Part shown: piece by piece, positions 28,077 to 36,394 of the stretch | Position numbering within the stretch: the first letter of the stretch is position 1 | How the letters are laid out: the number at the start of each line of letters is the position of its first letter | Origin: an uncultured Christensenella sp. | GTDB taxonomy: Bacteria; Bacillota; Clostridia; Christensenellales; Borkfalkiaceae | DNA length: 64,000 nt | Assembly: GCA_910578565.1 (NCBI GenBank) | Contig: CAJTQF010000004.1 | Span: forward strand, 2,170 to 66,169 | Direction: 5' to 3' | The notes under the pieces: model-generated | Seen by the model: only the letters and a program-made list of their open reading frames with translations | Databases searched by the model: none | What the model was told of the DNA's origin: nothing | Position numbers and translations under genes: made by a program

Positions 28077-29759
28077 ATGTTGAAAAGATTGTACGTTAAA
28101 AACGTAGCCTTAATTTCCGAGGCGGATATTGAGTTTGACCGCGGTCTTAACGTATTGTCGGGAGAAACGGGGTCGGGTAAGTCGGTTATACTCGACTCAA
28201 TTAATTTTGTTCTCGGTTGCAAAGCCGACCGTACGATGATCCGCTACGGTGAAAACGAAGCGTTTGTACGGGCGGAGTTTGTCCTTGATAAAGATTCCGA
28301 AGCTGTTAAAATTTTAAACGGTTACGATATCGAAACAGACAGCGACATTATTATTTCGCGTAAACTTTCATCTGACGGTAAAGGCAGTATTAAAATTAAC
28401 GGCAACAGCGTAACAGCTTCTATGTTAAAAAGTATAACGCAGCACCTTGTTGACGTCCACGGTCAAAGCGAGCATTTTTTTCTTTTAAGCGAAGAAAATC
28501 AGTTAAAGTTGGTTGATAGCCTTGGCGGTCTTGAAATTGACGGAATAAAAAGCGAACTATCCGCTTTAATTTCTGAAAAAAGGCAGTTAAAATCTAAAAT
28601 AAACTCTCTCGGCGGCGACGAAAGCGAGCGCGCAAGAAAACTCGATCTTTTAGAATACCAGATTAACGAAATTAAAACGGCGGATCTCAGAGAAGGAGAA
28701 TATCAGGAACTGAAATCCCGTCAACAGATATTGCTTAACGTTGAAAAAATTATGTCTGCGATTAACGAAGCGCGAAACATACTCGGCGGCGACGGCGGGT
28801 GTGGCGATGGGCTTGTTTCTTCGATGCATGCATTAAACGGTATTACGGCAATAGATGATAGTTACTTACAAATTTATAACCGTCTTGAAGGGGTCAGCGC
28901 TGAAATAGAAGATATCAGTGAAACGCTTACTGATTTTGCGGACAACCTTTCATTTGACGAGAGTGAAATAAAGCAGATTAGCGAAAGACTTGAGCTTATT
29001 AAAACTTTAATAAAAAAGTACGGCGCTGATGAAAAACAGATTATCGGTTATTTGGAAAAGGCGCAAACCGAATATGAAGCAATTTCAGACAGTGCAACCT
29101 TGATTGAGAAATTTAACCGTCAAATCGGCATATGTGATGAAAAAATTTACTCGCTATGTATTCGGCTTACCAATTTAAGGAAATTAACTGCACAGCATTT
29201 TAGCGAAAGCGTTGTAAAAGAATTAAAAACTTTGAACATTCCCGACGCGCAGTTTGGCGTAAAGTTTAACGATTATGACATAACAACTGCGGATTTACAA
29301 AACGTTAATGGTTCGGACGTTATTAGTTTTGAGTTTTCGGCAAATAAAGGCGAGCCGAAAAAACCGTTAAATAAAGTAATGAGCGGGGGAGAAATGAGCA
29401 GGTTTATGCTTGCAATTAAGACTCAACTTAAAGATTTGAACGGTATAACAACTTACATATTCGATGAAATTGATGCAGGAATAAGCGGTTTTACCGCGTC
29501 TACTGTAGCCAGAAAGTTTATAGACATTTCAAAACATACACAGATTTTGGCTGTTTCACACTTGCCGCAAGTATGCGCGGCAAGCGATGCTCAGTTATTA
29601 ATATATAAGGTAGAAGAAAACGGTAAAACAATAACAAAGGTTAAAAAATTAACCACAAGTCAGAAAGTTGAAGAAATCATACGGCTTACTGGCGGTAACG
29701 CAATTTCAGATGCGGCAAGGCTGCATGCAGAAGAGCTTATCAATCAATTTAAAAATTAA
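28077..29759 (+). CDS. recN: DNA repair protein RecN
   Basis: N-terminal Walker A GETGSGKS, a long coiled coil, the signature SGGEMSR, and Walker B YIFDEIDAG. Confidence 0.9.
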   Translation: MLKRLYVKNVALISEADIEFDRGLNVLSGETGSGKSVILDSINFVLGCKADRTMIRYGENEAFVRAEFVLDKDSEAVKILNGYDIETDSDIIISRKLSSDGKGSIKINGNSVTASMLKSITQHLVDVHGQSEHFFLLSEENQLKLVDSLGGLEIDGIKSELSALISEKRQLKSKINSLGGDESERARKLDLLEYQINEIKTADLREGEYQELKSRQQILLNVEKIMSAINEARNILGGDGGCGDGLVSSMHALNGITAIDDSYLQIYNRLEGVSAEIEDISETLTDFADNLSFDESEIKQISERLELIKTLIKKYGADEKQIIGYLEKAQTEYEAISDSATLIEKFNRQIGICDEKIYSLCIRLTNLRKLTAQHFSESVVKELKTLNIPDAQFGVKFNDYDITTADLQNVNGSDVISFEFSANKGEPKKPLNKVMSGGEMSRFMLAIKTQLKDLNGITTYIFDEIDAGISGFTASTVARKFIDISKHTQILAVSHLPQVCAASDAQLLIYKVEENGKTITKVKKLTTSQKVEEIIRLTGGNAISDAARLHAEELINQFKN

Positions 29760-29822
29760 AAAAATCAGCGGCTTTACCGTAATTCCCATAGGGAATTTAT
29801 TAAAACGCAAATAAAGAGATTT

Positions 29823-29860
29823 AGGCATAGCGTTAAGCTGTGCCTTTTCTGTATTTTTTT
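29823..29860 (+). terminator. intrinsic terminator after recN
   Basis: Stem AGGCATAGC / GCTGTGCCT (one G-T pair) followed by a T-rich tail. Confidence 0.55.
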
Positions 29861-29993
29861 CGTGTACGAACTAGGCTACTCGTAGCTTAGTGATATATAT
29901 GTTTTATATTTCCCGCAAAATTCAATCGGTTGTGTTCTTTCATTTTTCGTGATATAATGACAGTAAGATAAACAGTAATTTAGCGGAGATTAA

Positions 29994-30563
29994 ATGAAAA
30001 CACAAAAAGACAGTAAAAAACAGTACGCAAAAATAGTTTTAATTATCTCTTGCGTTTTTGCGGTTATATCAAGTGTCTTGCTTGTTATTACAATATGTGA
30101 GTTTCCGCAAGCGTTAAAATACCCAAAAGCAGTGAAGTATTTATACGAAAACGGCATTGAGGTTGATGCTCATTATAAGTACTATTATGATGATTATAGA
30201 TTAACAAATCCAGACGAACCTTATATGAGAATATGGCGCGGGCGTTTTCACATAGTATATGAATATATTGATGCCAATGGCAACACATATACAGATGAAT
30301 ATTTAGATACCGTTGAATGCACAACAAGAGATGAGTTGAGTGCGCGAGAGCTGTATATTAAGCAAATGATAGCCGACGAACCGATAATGAAAATGCTTAT
30401 TGCCGATAATGGGATGTGCTGTCTGTCTGTTAATAAGGAATCATTAAAACGCAATACAGCTTTAATCGTTTACAGTATTTTAATTCCGGTTTCGTCGGTA
30501 GTGTTAGGCTTATGTATATTCGGAATTGTACGCCAGTCTAAAAAATTGCGACAGTTAAGATAA
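29994..30563 (+). CDS. hypothetical membrane protein (N- and C-terminal TM, soluble middle)
   Basis: The 189-aa ORF has an extended -10 promoter (TGATATAAT) upstream and a strong terminator downstream. Confidence 0.5.
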   Translation: MKTQKDSKKQYAKIVLIISCVFAVISSVLLVITICEFPQALKYPKAVKYLYENGIEVDAHYKYYYDDYRLTNPDEPYMRIWRGRFHIVYEYIDANGNTYTDEYLDTVECTTRDELSARELYIKQMIADEPIMKMLIADNGMCCLSVNKESLKRNTALIVYSILIPVSSVVLGLCIFGIVRQSKKLRQLR

Positions 30564-30612
30564 TCAAAATAAGGTAAATTTCAACTTATCTTTGAAAATA
30601 AATGTGTATTTA

Positions 30613-30645
30613 AAAAGCTCTCGAACATATCGTTCGAGAGCTTTT
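30613..30645 (+). terminator. intrinsic terminator
   Basis: A 14-bp stem AAAAGCTCTCGAAC / GTTCGAGAGCTTTT. Confidence 0.65.
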
Positions 30646-30762
30646 GTCATCGCTTGAAAGTACAACTCTTAAAAATTTAGTATTTGATTCCCTATTAGAG
30701 GTGTGCTTTTACCGCTGATTTTTTTGTATATTGCCGTCAATCTTGCACACAATACTACTGTT

Positions 30763-31854
30763 ATGCTTTTAAGAAAAAATATTTTTAAAACCTTAATGGT
30801 ATTTATTGTAATGCTGCTGTGCATAGTTTCATTTTCGCCAATCACGGCATCGGCGGGAACACAGACTCTGTATCTTGGCGGGTTTCCGGCAGGATTTACT
30901 CTTAATACCACTACGGTCGAAGTGATAGGTATTTGCGAAGTTATGACTTCCGACGGAATGAGATCTCCTGCGCGTGAAAGCGGAATAAGAACGGGCGACA
31001 TCATTGATAAAATTAACGGAAGAGAAGTTAATTGCACAAAAGATGTAAACAATATTATTGCCGAAGAATATAAAAAGTTTGAAGTGACAATTTTAAGGGG
31101 GCGCGAAGCGATAACCGTCGATGTTGTGCCCGCTATTGACCTAACTACAAAAGCAAAAAGGCTTGGCGTGCTAGTTAAAGACAGTATAAACGGAATAGGT
31201 ACGGTAACCTATATCGATAAAACCAATAATAAGTTTGCTTCACTTGGACATCCTGTAACCGACCCCAACGGATCGCTTGTAGAAATTAATGGCGGTACGG
31301 TATTCGGATGCTTTATTTACGACGTAAAGAAAGGCGTCAAAGGGACGCCCGGAGAACTTCGCGGCGCATTTGAAAGCTCGACCGTGCTTGGTAAAGCTGC
31401 AGTAAATTGTGCATGCGGTATTTATGGAGATCTGGCAAAGAACTATGATGTATCAAAACTTATTAAAGTTGAAAAAGGCAGTCTTGATAGCGTTAAAATA
31501 GGCAAAGCATGTATTTATTCAACTCTCGAAGGTTTTGAAGCAAAGAAGTATGATATTTCTATTGTTAAAGTAGACAAGCACAATAAAGATAATAGGAATT
31601 TCGTAATTAAAATTGATGATGAAAGACTGGTTGACAAGTCCGGTGGGATTGTGCAGGGAATGAGCGGTAGTCCCATTGTCCAAAACGGCAAAATTATCGG
31701 GGCTGTGACACACGTGTTTGTTATAATATGGATACCGACGATGGTAATTAAGGGACTTATATCACAAAAATACTTAGAAAAGGAGAACAATTTCATTATA
31801 AATTCATTCGTCGGGGGGAAACTCGCCGAAGCGGGTTTTTCTTTTTTAAATTAA
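30763..31854 (+). CDS. spoIVB: SpoIVB peptidase (S55 family sporulation signalling protease)
   Basis: A signal-anchor, a PDZ segment (GIRTGDIIDKINGREV), and the catalytic region GMSGSPIVQNGKIIGAVTHVF. The start is uncertain (30703, 30763 or 30796). The C-terminal tail is longer than in Bacillus. Confidence 0.8.
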   Translation: MLLRKNIFKTLMVFIVMLLCIVSFSPITASAGTQTLYLGGFPAGFTLNTTTVEVIGICEVMTSDGMRSPARESGIRTGDIIDKINGREVNCTKDVNNIIAEEYKKFEVTILRGREAITVDVVPAIDLTTKAKRLGVLVKDSINGIGTVTYIDKTNNKFASLGHPVTDPNGSLVEINGGTVFGCFIYDVKKGVKGTPGELRGAFESSTVLGKAAVNCACGIYGDLAKNYDVSKLIKVEKGSLDSVKIGKACIYSTLEGFEAKKYDISIVKVDKHNKDNRNFVIKIDDERLVDKSGGIVQGMSGSPIVQNGKIIGAVTHVFVIIWIPTMVIKGLISQKYLEKENNFIINSFVGGKLAEAGFSFLN

Positions 31855-31959
31855 ATGTAGTTATTGAGATATTGAAATTAGTTAAAATACGACAGAATAG
31901 TTCAAAGAGAAGGGAAAGGATTAGCTTTACTTTATTGCAATAAATAAGTAAAATTAAAT

Positions 31960-32304
31960 ATGGAGAAAAAAATGAAAAAGAAACAAATTGCTGTTTATAT
32001 AAGAATTCCTAAGAAAGATAATTTTCAAATTATCTGCGACGAGTATCGTAATAAATTTGCAGAAAGAAAAGATTGTTGTCTTGTAGAGATTTATTATGAT
32101 ATTGGTATGTCTGGTTTTAATAATGAAAGATCTGGATATTTAAAAATGTTAAAAGCTGCTAGTAATAAAGAATTTGATGTTATCGTTACTAAGCATCCGG
32201 GAAAAATCAGCCGTAGAACTAGAGAAATGCAAAAGATAATTGAAGAACTACATAAAATTGGTGTAGCCATTTATTTTGAAGAGAGCGATATTAATACTTT
32301 GTAA
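31960..32304 (+). pseudogene. serine-recombinase (resolvase) catalytic-domain relic, truncated and lacking the catalytic Ser
   Basis: The 114 aa align by eye to resolvase N-domains. IAVYIRIPKKDN stands where Y-x-R-x-S-T-x-x-Q is expected (Ser is replaced by Pro). DVIVTKHPGKISRR corresponds to the D-R-L-S-R box. The frame stops right after ESDINTL, and no DNA-binding or large-recombinase domains follow. Confidence 0.6.
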
Positions 32305-32475
32305 ATTAGTAAAGCTTTAGAAATTGTTAAATCTTATTTGAATTGATGTATTTATAAATGATTTGAATAGACAAAAATTTTGAGCTTTCATATTATTAGT
32401 TATTTAAAAGGTTAAAATTTATATAAAGCAACCACAATAATGTGATTGCTTTATTTTTACTTAAAAATAAATACG

Positions 32476-32504
32476 TTGACTTTAGATGAAAAATTTGATA
32501 CAAT
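32476..32504 (+). promoter_or_regulatory. strong extended -10 promoter with no downstream ORF
   Basis: TTGACT at 32476-81, a 17-nt spacer, and TGaTACAAT at 32496-504. Confidence 0.5.
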
Positions 32505-32510
32505 ATAAAA

Positions 32511-32675
32511 GCTAGATCATTTTTAATATCACTTCGTGTGAGTATAGTTATGGTGGAACTATACTTTGTAGTCGCATACAAATCTCATACGAGGTTAGAA
32601 ATGGTCTAGCAACTTTAGCGATGAATGGTATATTCTACAATGCCGTTTCTCGCAAGAGGAGCGGCATCTTATTTA
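32511..32675 (+). ncRNA. candidate small RNA of about 165 nt (promoter-to-terminator unit without an ORF)
   Basis: A long-range helix pairs GCTAGATCATT (32511-21) with AATGGTCTAGC. There is an internal perfect 8-bp hairpin GTATAGTT/AACTATAC. The 3' hairpin GCCGTTTCTC-GCAA-GAGGAGCGGC carries a T-rich tail. The unit is convergent with the XRE gene and overlaps its stop codon. Confidence 0.4.
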
Positions 32676-33154
32676 TTGATCATTGTTCTATCATCAGTTC
32701 TACCAAGCAGATAGTCGATAGGTACTTTAAAATAATCAGCCAAAGCATTAAGATATTCAAGTGATGGCAAACAACCGGTTCGTTTCCATTCATAAATCGA
32801 GTTGTATGCAAAAGGCATTTTGTTTGAAATAGTCGAGTATTTCTCGCCACGTTCAATGGTTAATTCTTCTAACCTAATATGAAAGCTAGTGGGGTGTTCT
32901 GATTTATAAAATTCATTGTTGTCTGTTTCGCCTAATAAATAAGATAACGAAACATTAACTTTATCGGCAATTTTTATAAGAGATTTTAAACTTGGAATAA
33001 TTCCATATTTTGTAGCTCTTATAATTACTGCTGGACTGACATCAACGAATTTTGGAAAATCTTTTTTGTCAAATTCTTGTTCATCGATAATTTGTTTGAT
33101 TCTATATTGAAATTTTTCTGAAACATTATTACTGTTTTCTGGGTTCTTTGCCAT
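32669..33154 (-). CDS. XRE-family regulator with two tandem HTH domains
   Basis: Two HTH_3-like units each end in a ...LSYLLGETD / ...IDYLLGRTD signature. Confidence 0.8.
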   Translation of the reverse strand: MAKNPENSNNVSEKFQYRIKQIIDEQEFDKKDFPKFVDVSPAVIIRATKYGIIPSLKSLIKIADKVNVSLSYLLGETDNNEFYKSEHPTSFHIRLEELTIERGEKYSTISNKMPFAYNSIYEWKRTGCLPSLEYLNALADYFKVPIDYLLGRTDDRTMINK

Positions 33155-33182
33155 AAGCTTGCCTAAAACTATTTTATAAATT

Positions 33183-33266
33183 TAGTCAAAATACTACTCT
33201 ATTGACTAAAATTTATGATAAAGTAATTGTGTTTCCTATTTAGTCAATATTATTCATTATTGACTA
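33183..33266. promoter_or_regulatory. twin operators TAGTCAA-N12-TTGACTA in a divergent promoter region
   Basis: Site 1 is at 33183-33208 and site 2 at 33241-33266. They have identical 7-bp half-sites and identical 12-nt spacing, with centres 58 bp apart. They lie between the XRE gene and the SLOG gene. Confidence 0.45.
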
Positions 33267-33280
33267 TAAAATGATTGTTT

Positions 33281-33742
33281 ATGAAATCTTGCGCATTTTT
33301 TGGACATAGAAATATGATAGTGGAACAGTATAGAGAAAAGCTGTTAGATATCATTATAGACCTAATAGAGAATAAGAATGTTATTCAATTCTATTCTGGC
33401 TTTCGCGGTGATTTTGATTTTTATTGCAGCTCATTGATGTATGAATTGAAAGCCAAATATCCGCAGATTAAGAACACATTGGTACTTTCATATATCCCTG
33501 AATCATTGAATGAAGACAGCGTATTTACTTTGCCAAAATATTTTGATGATAGTATTTATTTGTTAGAAAGAAGTGTTCCAAAGCGACTTGCTATAATTGA
33601 AACTAACAAATGTTTGGTTAACAAAGTTGATTATATTGTAGCTGGAGTTGTGGCTCATTTTGGTGGTGCATATATGGCATGTGAATATGCATACAAACAG
33701 AAAAAGCCAATCATAAGTGTGATTGATGGTTGGTCAATTTAA
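33281..33742 (+). CDS. SLOG-family protein (DUF1273 / YpsA-like)
   Basis: CAFFGHRN N-terminus, then FYSGFRGDFDFYC and the C-terminal HFGGAYMACEYA pattern, typical of clostridial DUF1273 proteins. Confidence 0.6.
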   Translation: MKSCAFFGHRNMIVEQYREKLLDIIIDLIENKNVIQFYSGFRGDFDFYCSSLMYELKAKYPQIKNTLVLSYIPESLNEDSVFTLPKYFDDSIYLLERSVPKRLAIIETNKCLVNKVDYIVAGVVAHFGGAYMACEYAYKQKKPIISVIDGWSI

Positions 33743-33773
33743 ATAGCTAAAATTAAAATATTAGAGGCGATAA

Positions 33774-34586
33774 ATGAAAGTTTTAACAAAAGAACTAAGA
33801 AATGATTTTGATTTTCAGGAAATATATTGTGCGATTAACTCAATAGAAAAAAAGACAATGCCTGTTGTGTTTTTAAATGGAGATGAGGGGGTTGCAAAGG
33901 CGGATATTAAAACGGTAAAAACGCAGTTCAATATATCGGATAAAGAGAATAAATTGAACTTTATGGTAATGCCGGCTACGTTTACTTTTTATTCAGACTA
34001 TAGTGAAACTGAATTAGAAAGCGAAATGCATTCGCCTGAAAATGATTTCTTATCACAATATATAAATCGTTTAAGGCTAATTACATATTTGCCTGAAGAA
34101 ATTTTAATGCAAGTAAAAGATAAGCGATTACTTGCTATGGGATATGCAACTCAAAAAGTCAAAAAGGCTATCTTAAGATATACAAATGCTAGAATAAAAG
34201 CAGCAACAAAAAAATTAGAAAGAAGCCAAATAGATTCAATAAAAACTTCGAGAGAATTAACAATTTATAATCAGTTTAAGAAACACAGTTATATTTATTC
34301 AATTGAAGAATTGTTTGATGATGCATATATTACGAGTATAGTTAAAAAAGGAAAAGATCTTTATATTGAATTGGATGGAGAGATTATTTTCGTTTTGTCT
34401 GATGTTGAAACATTGGAAGAAGAGATTGCGCCTCAAAATACAGAAGTTTCATTTTTTGAGTTGCATAAAGTTGAACAAGGATATGAGTTGCACCTTTTAC
34501 TCAAGATAAGAGATGAAAATTTAGTTGAAAGTTTTTATTATTTAACCTATAAGTTTAAAGATATGTGGTTTGATTGTATTACGTAA
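33774..34586 (+). CDS. hypothetical protein, possibly DUF4085-like
   Basis: The 270-aa ORF has a GAGG RBS. The N-terminus MKVLTKELRNDF and the central LPEEILMQVKDKRLLAMGYATQKVKKAI resemble DUF4085 as I recall it. The call is tentative. Confidence 0.4.
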   Translation: MKVLTKELRNDFDFQEIYCAINSIEKKTMPVVFLNGDEGVAKADIKTVKTQFNISDKENKLNFMVMPATFTFYSDYSETELESEMHSPENDFLSQYINRLRLITYLPEEILMQVKDKRLLAMGYATQKVKKAILRYTNARIKAATKKLERSQIDSIKTSRELTIYNQFKKHSYIYSIEELFDDAYITSIVKKGKDLYIELDGEIIFVLSDVETLEEEIAPQNTEVSFFELHKVEQGYELHLLLKIRDENLVESFYYLTYKFKDMWFDCIT

Positions 34587-34696
34587 AATAAAAAATAGCA
34601 GTTATCTAAGTTGCAGCGTAGCATTGCTATTAGCGCAATAATTTATTTAGTTAGTTGGTTTATATTACGAAAATTAGTAGGTAATAAGTATATATT

Positions 34697-35164
34697 ATGT
34701 TAAAAATAAAAAATGGTAAATTATATGGCTCAAATTATTCTTTTGCTTTACCAGAAGGCTTTTATTTAAATGTTAGTTCAGCTGTTAAGTTTGGTAGTAA
34801 AAGATTGGAATTGGCATCTATTGACGGGCTGATAATTATGATTTATTTTCACAATCATGGTTGTTGTGCGAAAAAAGAAACGCAAGAAATTATTGAGGCC
34901 AACAGCAATTTGATCAAGATGGATGATTTCATTCCGGTTAAACGAGGTGCCTGTGAGGGAGTTGGGCTCTATTACAGAGATGAGGTTGCCAAAGTCGAGC
35001 ATTATGAAGAAATGTATGACTTTAAAAAGAATAGATATGGAGAAACACAGATTGACATAGATATAAGTTTGTCTATATCCAAATATGGAAATATACAATC
35101 CATACGAGAAGCAATAGAATTGCCAACAATTAAGGCATTTTTAGAAAGTATAGAATATTTTTAA
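34697..35164 (+). CDS. hypothetical protein (155 aa)
   Basis: An ORF with AT-rich codon usage consistent with the islet. No recognisable motif. Confidence 0.4.
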   Translation: MLKIKNGKLYGSNYSFALPEGFYLNVSSAVKFGSKRLELASIDGLIIMIYFHNHGCCAKKETQEIIEANSNLIKMDDFIPVKRGACEGVGLYYRDEVAKVEHYEEMYDFKKNRYGETQIDIDISLSISKYGNIQSIREAIELPTIKAFLESIEYF

Positions 35165-35386
35165 ATTATAAAATTAGAGGTGTGGTGATTTTATAACATA
35201 AAACTTATTGTACACTGTAATAAATTTATTATAAGTGTGTTAAACAATTTCCAAAATATTAATTTATATGGTAAAAAAACAAGACGATAAAATGGCACAT
35301 ATTTGGCAATAAGTTGGCAGAAAAAAGCGGATGACTTGCAAATGACAATGTGTTATTATGTTAGCGTCGAATAGTGAAGGCAGTTC

Positions 35387-35425
35387 AAAAAGCCGTTTGG
35401 ACAAAATAGTTCAGACGGCTTTTTT
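35387..35425 (+). terminator. hairpin plus T6 in the leader of the T4SS operon (terminator or attenuator)
   Basis: AAAAAGCCGTTTGG-loop-TCAGACGGCTTTTTT lies 32 nt upstream of the VirB2-like start. Confidence 0.45.
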
Positions 35426-35456
35426 GTTGCAAAAATTAAATAAGGAGGTAGTGCCT

Positions 35457-35822
35457 ATGTTGAAACAGGAGAGAGGACGCAAAAGTATGTTGACGGTTTA
35501 CTGGACGATTATTGCATTTGTGTCAGCAATGATTGTTGTTATGCAACCGGTATTTGCTGCGGAATCTGAAACGATTTGGGACAGGTTTAGTGCAATAATG
35601 CGTGACTTTTACGGACAGATTGTGGCAATCAGTACAATCGTGGCAGTAACGATGGCGGCAGTTGCACTAATTGTACGACTTGTATCGCGCAACCAAAAAG
35701 CAGTAGATGAAGCAACAGCGTGGCTTAAACGCATTGTAATCACGTGGATAATTCTTAATTCGCTTGGTTTCATTGTTGCATACATTCAGCCGTTAATTAT
35801 TGGCGGCAATTATGGTGGCTAA
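35457..35822 (+). CDS. TrbC/VirB2-like pilin-type small membrane protein
   Basis: AAGGAGG RBS. The signal peptide ends VFA-AE, two hydrophobic helices follow, and the length and topology fit Gram-positive VirB2-like proteins. Confidence 0.55.
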   Translation: MLKQERGRKSMLTVYWTIIAFVSAMIVVMQPVFAAESETIWDRFSAIMRDFYGQIVAISTIVAVTMAAVALIVRLVSRNQKAVDEATAWLKRIVITWIILNSLGFIVAYIQPLIIGGNYGG

Positions 35823-36391
35823 TGGAAGACATTTTTACAACTCAGAAAAAGTATCAAATAATTTATGCGGATCCACCTTGGGCATACAATAAAAGAAATA
35901 ATCTTGCGACGAAATTCGGCGGAGGTGCAAATGGACATTATGATGTTATGAAGATTCAAGACATTCAAAATTTACCTATAAGCCGAATTTCAGATGAAAA
36001 TTGTGCGCTTTTTATGTGGACTACATTCCCTAAGTTGTTAGAGCAAGTTGATGTATTTAAGTTTTGGGGTTTCCACTATGTCACATTAGGTTTTAGCTGG
36101 ATAAAGATTTATAAGAAAAGTGCAAAACCATGTTTTGGTATATGATATTATACCAAAAGCAATTGTGAAGTCTGTTTATTAGGAATTAAAGGTAAAATGA
36201 AACCAATTTCTAATGCAGTATCAAGTTGTGTTATTTCGGAGCGTAGAGAACATAGTAGGAAGCCAGACGAAGTGCGAGACCGTATTGTGCAGCTGCTTGG
36301 CAATTTGCCACGAATTGAATTGTTCGCAAGACAGAAGACGCAAGGATGGGATTGTTGGGGTAACGACAAAAATTTATTAGGAGGTGATTAA
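35822..36391 (+). pseudogene. MT-A70 family N6-adenine DNA methyltransferase interrupted by one in-frame TGA (36143-36145)
   Basis: YADPPWAY (DPPW) motif in the first part. The two track ORFs (35822-36145 and 36197-36391) share a frame with a single stop between them. The read-through sequence is CFGI*YYTKSNCEVCLLGIKG. Confidence 0.7.
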
Positions 36392-36394
36392 AAT

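Larger units (their letters stand above)
31900..35300. other. AT-rich accessory islet between spoIVB and the conjugation module
   Basis: A visibly lower GC content than both flanks. It contains a recombinase relic, an XRE regulator and cargo genes of unknown function. Confidence 0.45.

Noticed and set aside
31700-31854. The C-terminus of SpoIVB looked odd after GAVTHVFV and runs into the terminator stem. This suggested a frameshift or a gene truncated by the adjacent insertion.
   Set aside because: The other two frames hit stops within 10-12 codons. The annotated frame keeps weak similarity to the usual tail (IPT..KG.I and a terminal LAEAG resembling the Bacillus LSEAG). It is most likely intact but divergent.
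36143-36145. The in-frame TGA in the MT-A70 gene might reflect an alternative genetic code (TGA read as Gly or Trp) or selenocysteine.
   Set aside because: TGA clearly terminates other well-defined genes in the window (the nitroreductase-like gene, spoIIIAC and ispA). No SECIS-like context is evident, so a simple nonsense mutation or sequencing error is more parsimonious.
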